Positions 48,667-59,031 are shown, counted from the first letter of the stretch. The stretch: 64,000 nt of DNA from Nitrospinales bacterium (GCA_965223795.1 CBDCXL010000002.1:2400001-2464000); one strand, 5' to 3'. Translations and numbers: made by a program. Notes: generated from the sequence alone by a model not told the origin.

Positions 48667-50439
48667 TCAGTGGTGGTAGGCGCGGCCCGCTCCCTGCGGG
48701 ATGCGGATGTCGTCCACCAGATCCTGGATGTTTTCAGGCGGCGGCGGGGTGAACCGGCACACCAGAAGCGAAGCGGCGAAGTTGAACACCATGCCGAGGG
48801 TGCCGATGCCTTCCGGCGAGATGCCGAACCACCAGTTCTCCGGATTGCTGGCCGCGGGGTTGATGAATTTGAAGTAGATGATGTAGGCCAGCGTGAAGGT
48901 GAGTCCGGTGATCATGCCGGTGATCGCGCCTTCGCGGTTCATGCGCTTGTAGAAAATCCCCATCAGGATGACGGGGAAAAACGACGAGGCGGCGAGCCCG
49001 AAGGCGAACGCCACCACCTGGGCGACGAAGCCGGGCGGGTGAATGCCGAACCAGCCCGCGATGCTGACGGCGCAGGCGGCGGAAAGGCGCGCGAACATCA
49101 GCTCCTGTTTGTCGGTGATGTCCGGCAGGATGACTTTTTTCATCAGGTCGTGCGAGATCGAGGTGGAGATGACGAGCAAGAGCCCCGCCGCCGTGGACAG
49201 CGCCGCGGCCAGTCCGCCCGCCGCCACCAGCGCGATGACCCAGGCCGGCAGTCCGGCGATCTCGGGATTGGCGAGCACCATGATGTCGCGGTCGATGTAC
49301 AGCTCGTTGCCGTTTCCGGTCGGCGCATTGTCGATCAGCCGCTCGCCGTTTTCGCCGCGAACGCCGAGGAACTGCGGTTTCCCCTCGAAGGCGGGTCCGG
49401 CGATGTATTGAATCTTTCCGTCCCTGTTTTTATCGGTCCAGGCGATCAGGCTGGTGTTCTCCCAGTTTTTGAACCATTCGGGGGTGGCCTTGTACTCCGC
49501 TTCCTGCACGGTGTCGAGCAGGTTGACGCGGGCGAACGCGGCGACGGCCGGGGCGGTGGTGTAGAGGATGGCGATGAACACCAGGGCGTAGCCCGCCGAG
49601 ATACGGGCGTCGCGCACTTTGGGCACGGTGAAAAAGCGCACGATGACGTGCGGCAGCCCGGCGGTGCCGATCATGAGCGCGGCGGTGATGAAGAACACAT
49701 CGACGGTGGATTTTTTGCCGACGGTGTACGCGCCGAAGCCGAGCTGCTCGGACAGACCGTCGAGCTTGTCGAGCAGGTACACGCCCGACCCGTCCGCCAG
49801 TGGACTGCCGAAGCCGATCTGCGGGATGGGCTGGTTCGTCATCATCAGGGAGATGAAGATCGCGGGCACCATGAACGCGAAGATGAGCACGCAGTACTGC
49901 GCCACCTGGGTGTAGGTGATGCCCTTCATGCCGCCGAGCACGGCGTAGAAAAAGATGATGGCCATGCCGATCAGCACGCCGGTGTCGATGTCCACCTGCA
50001 AAAAACGCGAGAAGACGATGCCCACGCCGCGCATCTGTCCGGCGACGTAGGTGAAGGAGATGAAGATCACGCAGACCACGGCCACCAGCCGCGCCACGTC
50101 CGAGTAGTAGCGGTCGCCGACGAAATCGGGCACGGTGTACTTGCCGAATTTGCGCAGGTAGGGCGCGAGCAGCAGCGCCAGCAGCACGTAGCCGCCGGTC
50201 CAGCCCATCAGGTAGACCGATCCGTCGCGGCCGACGAAGGAGATGATGCCGGCCATGGAGATGAACGAGGCGGCCGACATCCAGTCCGCCGCGGTGGCCA
50301 TGCCGTTGGCCAGCGGGGACACGCCGCCGCCGGCCACGTAAAAGTCATCGGTGGACCCGGCTCTCGCGCGGATGGCGATGCTGATGTACAGGGCGAAGGT
50401 GACGCCGACGAAAATGTAGGTCAGGGTCTGGACATCCAT
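48667..50439 (-). CDS. Sodium:solute symporter, ActP-like (acetate/monocarboxylate type)
   Basis: NGMATAADWMSAASF, GTAGLPHVIVRFFT, AAALSTAAGLLL. Confidence 0.93.
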   Translation of the reverse strand: MDVQTLTYIFVGVTFALYISIAIRARAGSTDDFYVAGGGVSPLANGMATAADWMSAASFISMAGIISFVGRDGSVYLMGWTGGYVLLALLLAPYLRKFGKYTVPDFVGDRYYSDVARLVAVVCVIFISFTYVAGQMRGVGIVFSRFLQVDIDTGVLIGMAIIFFYAVLGGMKGITYTQVAQYCVLIFAFMVPAIFISLMMTNQPIPQIGFGSPLADGSGVYLLDKLDGLSEQLGFGAYTVGKKSTVDVFFITAALMIGTAGLPHVIVRFFTVPKVRDARISAGYALVFIAILYTTAPAVAAFARVNLLDTVQEAEYKATPEWFKNWENTSLIAWTDKNRDGKIQYIAGPAFEGKPQFLGVRGENGERLIDNAPTGNGNELYIDRDIMVLANPEIAGLPAWVIALVAAGGLAAALSTAAGLLLVISTSISHDLMKKVILPDITDKQELMFARLSAACAVSIAGWFGIHPPGFVAQVVAFAFGLAASSFFPVILMGIFYKRMNREGAITGMITGLTFTLAYIIYFKFINPAASNPENWWFGISPEGIGTLGMVFNFAASLLVCRFTPPPPENIQDLVDDIRIPQGAGRAYHH

Positions 50440-50481
50440 CCCGGTTCTCCGGAAACGCAGTGTGCGCGCGGTGGGTTCAAG

Positions 50482-50775
50482 TCAATCGGCGTCGTGGTCC
50501 TCGTCCACGCCGTATTTGTGATCCAGCTTGTTCATTCGGTACGCGTAGATGAAGATGAGCGCCACGAACACGTAGATGGAACCCTGCTGCGCGAACCAGA
50601 ATCCCAGGTTGAAACCGAAAAACCGGATGGCGTCCAGCTCGTTCGCGAACAGGATTCCCATGCCGTAGGAAACCACGAACCAGACGGCCAGCAGCGACAG
50701 CACGGTGCGGATGTTTTCCTTCCAGTAGGCACGGGCGTTCCGGCTGTGCGAGACGTTGTTTCCGGTTTCGTTCAT
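50482..50775 (-). CDS. DUF4212 small subunit of the symporter
   Basis: AYWKENI, LGFWFAQQGSI. Confidence 0.92.
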   Translation of the reverse strand: MNETGNNVSHSRNARAYWKENIRTVLSLLAVWFVVSYGMGILFANELDAIRFFGFNLGFWFAQQGSIYVFVALIFIYAYRMNKLDHKYGVDEDHDAD

Positions 50776-50833
50776 TTAAGAATCGTGGATGCTGTGGCAG
50801 GCATTTTGTGTGTTCGCTTGCAGGGCAGCGGTT

Positions 50834-51346
50834 TTAGAACTGCAGCAGAAAATCGTCATCCTGTTCTTCGTTGAGGTATTCGGGCAGGCGAGTGCTGCCG
50901 TCGATGCGCGCCGACTGGATCTGCATGGAGCTCAAGCCGGTGGCTTCGCTGAGGTCGGCGCCCGCGAGGTTAGCCTGGTCGAACAGCACATCCTCGTTGA
51001 ACTGCGCCCCCGTCAGATTCGCGTTGGCAAGATCGGCGTTTTGTAAATTCGATTCCAGCAGTCCCGCGCCTTTCAGGCTCGCGTCCTTGAGGTTCGCGCT
51101 TTGCAGATTGGCTTCCTGAAGCTTGGCCTTGTCCAGCCGCGCCGCCTGCAGGTCGGCGCCGCCGAGGTGGGTGAACTGCAGCCGCGTGCCGGTGAGGCGG
51201 GCGTTTTTCAGGTTCGCCTTCTGCAGCTTGCGGCCCCTGAGATCGGCCTGGGACAGATCCGGGGTGATCTCGGGGTTGGTTTCCCGCCAGCGGTTCCAGG
51301 CCTCGACTCCCTGTTCGAGGTGTTTGAGATGTGCTTCATCAGCCAT
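50834..51346 (-). CDS. Pentapeptide-repeat protein
   Basis: GVEAWNRWR then tandem A(N/D)Lxx repeats. Confidence 0.92.
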   Translation of the reverse strand: MADEAHLKHLEQGVEAWNRWRETNPEITPDLSQADLRGRKLQKANLKNARLTGTRLQFTHLGGADLQAARLDKAKLQEANLQSANLKDASLKGAGLLESNLQNADLANANLTGAQFNEDVLFDQANLAGADLSEATGLSSMQIQSARIDGSTRLPEYLNEEQDDDFLLQF

Positions 51347-51458
51347 GCGTGCGTCCTCGTGCCCCGATGCGATTGTGCCATCGGGCAGCAAAGCGGTCAT
51401 GATACCATTCCCGGCGGGCTTAAAGAAATCCCTTGTGCCGAAACCGGCTGCGAGAGGA

Positions 51459-52688
51459 TTAGGGGGCGTTCTGCGGAAGGGAAGCGCCTTCTCCGGTGAA
51501 GTTGTAGGCGAAACAGCCGCTGGAACAGCGCACCATGTAATGCGGGCAGCTTTTACAGGGCTCCTTGGCCTGCGTGTCTTCGAACACGTGGCTCAGAAAG
51601 CGGGTGTGCATCTTTTTGATCGAAAGCTCGTTGACCTGGTCGAAGTCGCGCACGTTGCCCATCTTGAAGTTGTGGAAGGGGAAGCAGTTGAAGCAGTCTC
51701 CGTTGGCGTCGATGTCCATCGGGCTGTCGTCGGCGCAGCCAAAATAGAAATCCTTGTCCTGCCACTCGCGGACATCGGGAACCGACTGGCTGCCGTGATA
51801 GAGAAAGCGTTCGACCAGCGGGTACTCGTCTTCCCGGATCTCATCGAGCAGGCAGGGCGGAAACGAGCAGTCGAAGCGGAAGCTCAACTGCGGGAATTCG
51901 TTGAGCAGATCGAGCATCATCCGGCCCATTTTGGGGTAGTGACGGATCGGCAGAGCGGTGTTGTCCTGCTCGCCCACGATGGGAAAGGCCGGGCTGACCC
52001 GCACTTTGTAGCGCTGTCCCGGCGGCAGGCCCATGTACTGGTAGATTTCGTCGATCTCACGAACCTGGGTGAACAGGTCCTGCTCGATCGAGTACAGATT
52101 GAGGCTGAACATGAGGCTGTAGCCGTTTTTTTCGATGACCGCCTCGGCCACCTCGCGGCAGCGGGCGTGGTTTTTTTCACTGATGTTTTCCATCGTCTGC
52201 CAGTTCAACAGCACAGTGAAGGTGATTTGTCTTTCCAGCGCGCCTTTCGGATCGACGGTATCCAGCAGCAGGTTGAGCGCGGAGTCGGGCATCAGTCCGT
52301 TGGTGAAGATCCCCAGATAGGAGAAGGGCTGCATGTTGTCGAGGGTGCGGTTCAAAATGTCGGTGAACCGGGGATGCAGGGTCGGTTCGCCGCCCATGAA
52401 ATTGATCAGCGTGGCGCTGCGGATTCGGGGCAACAGTTCGCTCGTGAAAAAATCGAATTCCATGGATTTTCCGGGCGTCTTGACGGTCTCTTCCATGTAT
52501 TCGTCCGCAAAGCAGTAGTTGCACTTCAGATTGCAATAGCTGTTGAGAATGATGTTCAAGGCGATCCTCCTTTCAGGAGGCAGGGTGCGCTGTGTCAGGG
52601 CCGGGCCCGAAAGGTGCCGGGTTGTAAATGCCTGCACCCAGGGGCCGGTTCGAAGGACCGCCGGGAGAAGGAATTCTGTTTCATTCAT
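51459..52688 (-). CDS. Radical SAM / SPASM-domain protein
   Basis: CNLKCNYC, GGEPTLHP, FTNG; C-terminal CKSCPHYMVRCSSGC. Confidence 0.92.
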   Translation of the reverse strand: MNETEFLLPAVLRTGPWVQAFTTRHLSGPALTQRTLPPERRIALNIILNSYCNLKCNYCFADEYMEETVKTPGKSMEFDFFTSELLPRIRSATLINFMGGEPTLHPRFTDILNRTLDNMQPFSYLGIFTNGLMPDSALNLLLDTVDPKGALERQITFTVLLNWQTMENISEKNHARCREVAEAVIEKNGYSLMFSLNLYSIEQDLFTQVREIDEIYQYMGLPPGQRYKVRVSPAFPIVGEQDNTALPIRHYPKMGRMMLDLLNEFPQLSFRFDCSFPPCLLDEIREDEYPLVERFLYHGSQSVPDVREWQDKDFYFGCADDSPMDIDANGDCFNCFPFHNFKMGNVRDFDQVNELSIKKMHTRFLSHVFEDTQAKEPCKSCPHYMVRCSSGCFAYNFTGEGASLPQNAP

Positions 52689-52894
52689 TTTATAAGACTA
52701 TTCCGGCGGAATGGATGTTTTTTCTTACAAACCGCCGGATTCCCACCGCTTTCGGAATGAGGAACCGTTCCGCATGCCGGCATTTCCGGGTTGCGCGGGA
52801 TCTTGACTTGCGGCAGGAATTTCAATAACCTTATGAATACCGCTTTACATCCCCGAGCCGGTCGGCAAGGATCGTATCCATCAACGAGGCCATC

Positions 52895-53773
52895 ATGCTA
52901 GCGTTCGCGAAAGACATCACGCACAACAATCCGCAGCATCCTGAAGAGGAAAAAAACGACGAGCTGAAGCAATACATGGATTATCAGCGCAAGCTGGATC
53001 ACGAGCGGCTGGTGTACCATTCGCTGGATCACGCGAAAAGCTATCTGCAGCAGAACATTCAGGACAGCGCCGGAGACGCGGAAAAACTCGGAAAGTACCT
53101 CAAGCAGGCGTTCCCCAATTCCCACCGGTTCGCGGACGCCGACAGGCTGATGCTGATGCTGCGCAAGCTGGTCAACGGCCACAACTCCACCAACAACTGG
53201 TACCGCATGAACAGTTATTACCTTGCGGTGGTGTACGACAGCATGAAGCGGTTTGTGAAGATCTACAACCGCCTGCTCAATGAGTACCCGGAGAAGGCGA
53301 AGGAGTACCGGGTTTCCGAGGGGGTGGAAGTGGATTTCGACGACTGGGTGTATCTCTATTTCCCGGATCTGGATTTCCACATCGGCAAGCCTCTGGAGTA
53401 CACGCATTACCCCTTCGCCAAGCGCAACAAGGCCATCGAGCAAGAAGTCGACAAAAAAGTGGCCGCGGGCGAATCCCGCGAGGAAGCCCTGAACGCCATC
53501 AAGGAAGAATACGAGATCGACAACATGTCGATCCGGCTGTTGCTCAACAAAGCGGCCGGCCCAAAAGAACTGGAGCTGTTTTACACTTCCGTCGAAAACC
53601 CCATCTACGAATACCTGATGCCCAAACAGGAAGGGCGCTGGGGATTCATGGACGGGGAATCCCTGCTGGATCATTCCTACTACATGGGCTCGCAGCTCAA
53701 GGTCTGGGTATGGAGGAAGCGGGAAGAGGTGGAAGCGATCATGGAAGAGATCAGCAAGGCGCAGAACAAGTAA
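52895..53773 (+). CDS. Hypothetical protein
   Basis: 292-aa ORF with host-like codon usage and RBS GAGG; no motif recognised. Confidence 0.8.
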   Translation: MLAFAKDITHNNPQHPEEEKNDELKQYMDYQRKLDHERLVYHSLDHAKSYLQQNIQDSAGDAEKLGKYLKQAFPNSHRFADADRLMLMLRKLVNGHNSTNNWYRMNSYYLAVVYDSMKRFVKIYNRLLNEYPEKAKEYRVSEGVEVDFDDWVYLYFPDLDFHIGKPLEYTHYPFAKRNKAIEQEVDKKVAAGESREEALNAIKEEYEIDNMSIRLLLNKAAGPKELELFYTSVENPIYEYLMPKQEGRWGFMDGESLLDHSYYMGSQLKVWVWRKREEVEAIMEEISKAQNK

Positions 53774-54172
53774 TTCCCCCCTTTAAAATCCACGCGCTCA
53801 CCCCATCGGGTGCCCCCTTTCGCGACGTGGTATTTCTACGACATCCATAGGAAGCATCGGCCAGCCTGTTTTGGCATTCCCCGCGATATTTTTTTTCCCG
53901 CCCAGGGTCTATTTTTAAAGTGTCTCAAGGATGAATGAGACTGCGGAAATGCAAAAGCGAATCCACACGCATCCGGTGCCACACCGGGAATCGTTTCCGG
54001 AAAGACACGCAGCACGGTTCACAAGTGCATTTCGGCCGGTAAGGATATCGGACTTTAGCAATGGCAGGGCCCGCCGGTTCCGGTTCTCTAAATAATCCCG
54101 GCGGATCTTCTGAGATAAGGAATGGGCGGGTCCTCGCCAGATGAAATTCAATTCATGGATAAGGAGGGCAGC

Positions 54173-54568
54173 ATGGAAAAGGGAAAAATCATGATCGTCG
54201 ATGACGAGCGGGAATCACGGGAAGCCTTGAAACTGAACCTGATGGAGGACCACTACAACATCATTGAAGCGGAAAACGGCCTGGATGCGGTGCAAAAGCT
54301 CGAATCCGGCGACAACCTGGTGAATCTGGGTCTGATCCTGTGCGACATCAACATGCCGAAGGTGAACGGCCTGGAGTGCATGCACTATATGCGCGAGAAC
54401 GCGCCGGGGATTCCCATCATCGCGATCACCGGGCACCCGGATACAGGCATGGCCACGGATTTGATCGCGCACGGCATCAAAGACTATCTGATCAAACCCG
54501 TGGAAAAGGAAACACTGCGCACCACGGTAAAAAAATGGGTGACCGCGGGAAAAGAATTCGACTACTGA
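54173..54568 (+). CDS. Single-domain response regulator
   Basis: RBS AAGGAGG; IMIVDDE, CDINMPKVNG, YLIKPV. Confidence 0.9.
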   Translation: MEKGKIMIVDDERESREALKLNLMEDHYNIIEAENGLDAVQKLESGDNLVNLGLILCDINMPKVNGLECMHYMRENAPGIPIIAITGHPDTGMATDLIAHGIKDYLIKPVEKETLRTTVKKWVTAGKEFDY

Positions 54569-54680
54569 GACTCGCGGGAAGTTCCGGTTCCTGCTTTCAA
54601 AATACGGGAACCGGGACGTGCCAAATTCACAATGCAGCCTAAATTATAAATAGAGAATTATTTCGGGAGGCTTGAAGACC

Positions 54681-54899
54681 ATGAAATGCAACGTGGGAAA
54701 AACCGATCGGATTTTCAGAGTGATCGCCGGCCTGGTTTTGATCGGCGCCGGATTTTACACCGCAGGGACCGTGGGCTGGATCCTGGGCATCGTCGGCCTG
54801 GTTCCCCTTTTGACGGGAGCGACGGGGTACTGCCCGGCCTACGCCCTGTTCAGGATCGACTCCTGCAAACGCGGGGGCAATCCCCTGCATCACGCTTGA
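54681..54899 (+). CDS. DUF2892 (YgaP-like) membrane protein
   Basis: NVGKTDRIFR, TGATGYCPAYALF. Confidence 0.9.
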   Translation: MKCNVGKTDRIFRVIAGLVLIGAGFYTAGTVGWILGIVGLVPLLTGATGYCPAYALFRIDSCKRGGNPLHHA

Positions 54900-54908
54900 G
54901 GCGCGGTC

Positions 54909-56186
54909 ATGAACATGAACGTATCCGAGCGCAATTTTCAGGAAGCGGAAACCGAAATCCGCCGCAGGACAGAGGAATACAAGGTTCTGCACGAAGTGGC
55001 GAAGATCCTGCATCACGCGGACGGCCTTGAATCGATGCTCAAAAACGCCATGATCGCTTTGACCCGGTTCAAGGAGCTGGAAGTGGAGTACAAGGCGGGC
55101 ATCTTCCTGGCGGATGCGGAAAAAAGAGTGCTCAAGCTGTTCTGCACCGTGGGGGATTTCACCGAGGAGTTTCTTGAGAAGGAACGGGAGATCCCCTACG
55201 GGGCGTGCCTTTGCGGGCGCGCCGCGGTGAGCGGCGAAATGCTGATCAGCAACAGCTGTTTCAAGGATCAGCGGCACGAGCACAAATTCGACGGCATGAC
55301 GGAGCACGGGCATTACATCGTGCCGCTCAAAAGTCAGGACAAACTGGTGGGCGTCCTGTTTCTGTACACCGATGAAAACCCGCCCTGGTACGTGCGCAGC
55401 GAGGAGATCCTGCTGTCGATCGGCGGTTTGATCGGCGACGCCATCGTTTCCAAGCAAAGGCAGCAGGAGATCCGCGAGAAAAACGAGGAGCTCAAGGAAC
55501 TCAATGAAACGAAGAACCGGTTTCTCGGCATCGCCTCGCACGATCTCAGAAACCCGCTGTACCTGATCCGCTCGTTCAGCGAAGTCATGCTGGAGGGCAC
55601 GGTCGGGGAGGTCAACGACAGTCAGAAGGAGCTGCTGCAAAAGATCTTCAATGCCAGCGGTTTCATGCGCGGGCTGCTGAACAACCTGCTCGACATCTCC
55701 AAGATCGAAAGCGGCAAGATCGAACTGGACCGCAAGGTGCAGGATCTCAACGCCACGGCCACGCAGCAGATCGAACTCAACCGGCTGCTGGCGGACAAGA
55801 AACAGATCGAGATCGAGGCCCGGCTCGGCGAGGTGCCGCCCGTGGCTTACGATCAGGACGCGATCACGCAGGTCATGGGCAATTTCATCGGCAACGCGGT
55901 CAAATTCTCGCCGCCCGGATCGAAAATCCAGGTGGTCACGGAGCATTGCCGGGACCGGATCCGGTTTTCGGTGATCGACGAGGGGCCGGGGCTGACGGAG
56001 GAGGACCAGAAACTTTTGTTTCAGGAGTTTCAGACTCTGAGCACGAAACCCACCGGCGGCGAAAAATCGACCGGTCTGGGGCTGGCCATCGCCAAGAAGC
56101 TCATCCATCTGCACGGCGGCGAAGTGGGGGCGGTCAGCGAGCCGGGGAAGGGGAGCACGTTCTATTTCACGCTGCCCTTATCGTGA
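54909..56186 (+). CDS. GAF-domain sensor histidine kinase
   Basis: GACLCGRAA GAF; SHDLRNPL, NAVKFS, DEGPGL, GLGLAI. Confidence 0.93.
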   Translation: MNMNVSERNFQEAETEIRRRTEEYKVLHEVAKILHHADGLESMLKNAMIALTRFKELEVEYKAGIFLADAEKRVLKLFCTVGDFTEEFLEKEREIPYGACLCGRAAVSGEMLISNSCFKDQRHEHKFDGMTEHGHYIVPLKSQDKLVGVLFLYTDENPPWYVRSEEILLSIGGLIGDAIVSKQRQQEIREKNEELKELNETKNRFLGIASHDLRNPLYLIRSFSEVMLEGTVGEVNDSQKELLQKIFNASGFMRGLLNNLLDISKIESGKIELDRKVQDLNATATQQIELNRLLADKKQIEIEARLGEVPPVAYDQDAITQVMGNFIGNAVKFSPPGSKIQVVTEHCRDRIRFSVIDEGPGLTEEDQKLLFQEFQTLSTKPTGGEKSTGLGLAIAKKLIHLHGGEVGAVSEPGKGSTFYFTLPLS

Positions 56187-56367
56187 AGCAGGATCGAGGG
56201 AGGAAAAACCCTTTCCCCTTTTTTCTTGCGAAAGCAAAGCGATACTGCGATCAGGAAGGCGAACTGAGCAAGGGCTGCGCGGGCGGTTTCCGCGATGCCT
56301 GCAGAACCCTAAAAAGACGCTGATTTTCCAGCGGCCTCACCCCCGAGGGGCGCGCGGAAAACAGCCG

Positions 56368-56401
56368 GGGCCCGTGGAGTGGCATCCACGGGCCCTTTTT
56401 T
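56368..56401 (+). terminator. Rho-independent terminator
   Basis: GGGCCCGTGGA-loop-TCCACGGGCCC 11-bp stem + T6. Confidence 0.8.
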
Positions 56402-56689
56402 ATGCTGACGCGGTGTGGCCGGTGGAGAAATCCCGTTATCGGCTGCCAGATGCCGCGCCGCTGGCGGCAAGGTTGAAAGGCACAATGCGGGTCTGTACAT
56501 CAGCGCACATCCTCGAGACGAACCGCGATCGCCTTTGCGTTGTTTTTTTGTTCGGACAAGTGATAGAGAAATAAAGAAATAAAAGGGGGGAGCGCAAAAG
56601 CGGCTTGAAAATCGCGGCTCAATATTTCACACTAGTCGCTCCGTTTTGACATTGAAACTTTTCATCCGCTTCACGCGCAGGACACTGGT

Positions 56690-57307
56690 ATGGATTCAGC
56701 ATTGTTTTTTCTTGGAGTCGGCGGGCTGCTGGCCGTCATTTTATTTCTGGCGTTTGCCCGCTCTGAATGGAGGAACGAGACCAAGCGGGTCAACTTCCGC
56801 TATTCGCTGCTGCCTCCCGAGGAAAAACTGATCTATCTGGCCGAGCACGGCATGGACATGGGGGAGATGAACCGCCTCGTCAAGGTGGCGAGAGGCGATT
56901 ACCAGAGCGCCACGGACGGAATTTCCCCGATCATGGCGACGGTGCGCAAGCTTCCCGGACGCAAGCACGTCAACCCGCTCAGGCGCTTGAAAATCCTGTG
57001 CAAGCTGGCGCAGAGGATGCCGGAGGAGGAGCTGCGTGAAGCGCTGAACCTGCAGGATCATGAAGGCTACACGGCGCTGATGCATGCGGTGCAGAGCTCG
57101 GATGAGGAAGGCGTGCGCCTTCTGCTGTATTTGGGGGCGGACAAGTCCCTGAAAAACAACAAAGGCGAAACCGCTTCCTCGATCGCGCAATTCCATCCCA
57201 AAATCTCGGAACTGGTGACGCAGGCCGCCGGCGAGGACCGCTCCGAAATCCTCGACCCCAAACTCGCCAAGATGCTGAAATCCTTCAAGGGCAGTCTCAC
57301 CAACTGA
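56690..57307 (+). CDS. Membrane-anchored ankyrin-repeat protein
   Basis: N-terminal TM; QDHEGYTALMHA..VRLLLYLGAD..KGETA. Confidence 0.85.
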   Translation: MDSALFFLGVGGLLAVILFLAFARSEWRNETKRVNFRYSLLPPEEKLIYLAEHGMDMGEMNRLVKVARGDYQSATDGISPIMATVRKLPGRKHVNPLRRLKILCKLAQRMPEEELREALNLQDHEGYTALMHAVQSSDEEGVRLLLYLGADKSLKNNKGETASSIAQFHPKISELVTQAAGEDRSEILDPKLAKMLKSFKGSLTN

Positions 57308-57548
57308 CACGGCCGCCCCCTTCGTTTTCAATCCCTTTCCCTATGCCAGGGTTCCCGGATCCAGCGATCTGCTGATTTTTCTGCACTTTTTCAGCGAGCC
57401 CGCAGGTGACCGGTGTCACAGGCAAATGTGATACCGGTCTATTTGTTTTCAAAGGCAACGCATGTATCTTTTAAATGCCGATCTCAGATCACAATCCAAA
57501 AATACTTTTACTGTTAAAAAAATCGTATCCCCTTTTGGAATAAGGTTT

Positions 57549-58652
57549 ATGAAGACTTTTGTTGTTTCGTTTTGCTCGGGACTGGCGCTGGCCGCGATGT
57601 TTCTGGTCACGGTTCCGGGTTCTTCCCTGGCGGTGGATGCGTCCCTGCAGGGAATCACGGCGCGCAAAGCCACGGATTACCTGCATGCGGTGATCCAGGG
57701 GAGCCGGTCGTTCTACACCAAGCAGATCGTGGAGCGGCTGAACAAGGCCTTGTCTCTCAAGGCTTCGGAAAGCTGGAAAGAGGACAACACGCTGCCGCTG
57801 CCGGCCCAGTTTCTGCTGCTTTCCGCAAAGAACATCAACGACAAGGGGATGGGTCTGAAGATCCGCCTCATCGGGCTGAACCCGATCAACAAGAACAACG
57901 CGCCGGTCAGCGACCTGGAAAAACTGGGGCTGCACGGCCTGGTGTCCAACCCGGAAGAGCCGTTCACCTGGGTGGTGCAGACGGGCGGCCGCTGGAATTT
58001 TCAGTCCATCTATCCGGACATCGCGGTCACGGAAGCCTGCGTGAACTGTCACAACAACCATCCGGATTCGCCGAAAAAGGATTTCAAGGTGGGCGACGTG
58101 CTGGGCGGGCTGGTCATCAACATCCCGCTCAGGCAGGAGGGGATCTCCGGCAAGGAGGACAATTTCCTGGTGCCTCCGGAAGTGATCTCCGACTACATCC
58201 ACGCCATTCTCGATTCGGACCGGATGGTCTACGCCACGCTCATCGTCAACCGGCTGAAGCAGAAGAACATCGTCCAGGCCAAGGAAAACTGGCGCGAATC
58301 CAATTCGCTGCCGCTGCCGGCCCAGTTTCTGCTCAATTCGAGCGGGGTCGCGAGGAAGAAAAAACTGGGACTGGATTTCCGCCTGATCAGCCTGTGGCCC
58401 ATCAATATCCGCAACGGAGCGGCGAACGAATTTGAGCGCAACGCGCTGGAGGAGGTGTCCCTGCATCCGCTGCGGCCGTTCATCAGCAAGATCAAGCTGG
58501 GAAGGCGGCATTATTTCCAGGCGGTGTATCCGGATTTCGCGGTGACGCAGGCCTGCGTCAACTGCCACAACGAGCACCCGAAGAGCCCGCGGCGGGATTT
58601 CACCCTCAACGATCTGATGGGAGCCATTGTGGTTTCGTTCCCCTATCAGTGA
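57549..58652 (+). CDS. Exported di-heme c protein with two tandem DUF3365/Tll0287-like domains
   Basis: Signal peptide; duplicated LPLPAQFLL...YPD.AVT.ACVNCH units. Confidence 0.88.
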   Translation: MKTFVVSFCSGLALAAMFLVTVPGSSLAVDASLQGITARKATDYLHAVIQGSRSFYTKQIVERLNKALSLKASESWKEDNTLPLPAQFLLLSAKNINDKGMGLKIRLIGLNPINKNNAPVSDLEKLGLHGLVSNPEEPFTWVVQTGGRWNFQSIYPDIAVTEACVNCHNNHPDSPKKDFKVGDVLGGLVINIPLRQEGISGKEDNFLVPPEVISDYIHAILDSDRMVYATLIVNRLKQKNIVQAKENWRESNSLPLPAQFLLNSSGVARKKKLGLDFRLISLWPINIRNGAANEFERNALEEVSLHPLRPFISKIKLGRRHYFQAVYPDFAVTQACVNCHNEHPKSPRRDFTLNDLMGAIVVSFPYQ

Positions 58653-58737
58653 GCGCCATCCCGTTGCTGCAAGCCAATCCGATTTTTGAAACTGAAACGC
58701 CGCGGCCGCAAGGCCGCAACGGTCCAACACGAGAGGA

Positions 58738-59031
58738 ATGCCGATGAGTCCGGATGAACGTGAACGAGTGAGATGCGAAATCGAAGGTGTGAAGAAACGG
58801 CTGGAGGCGACCACGCAGGAATTCATCCGCTTTGCGGTCGAGACCTATATCCGCCAGCATCACGGGGATCTGGACGCGGCGCTGAATCAGTTTCTCTGGG
58901 ATGTGAAAAAACACCATTCCATGCAGGGGCCGCTTTTCAATTACATGGAGGGCCCGCACCCCAACCCGATCGAGCGGGACATCATCTCCGTGTTCCTGCT
59001 GATGAAGGACAGCACCGGACGGCCGCTCTAG
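58738..59031 (+). CDS. Hypothetical protein
   Basis: RBS GAGGA; 97-aa helical ORF. Confidence 0.65.
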   Translation: MPMSPDERERVRCEIEGVKKRLEATTQEFIRFAVETYIRQHHGDLDAALNQFLWDVKKHHSMQGPLFNYMEGPHPNPIERDIISVFLLMKDSTGRPL

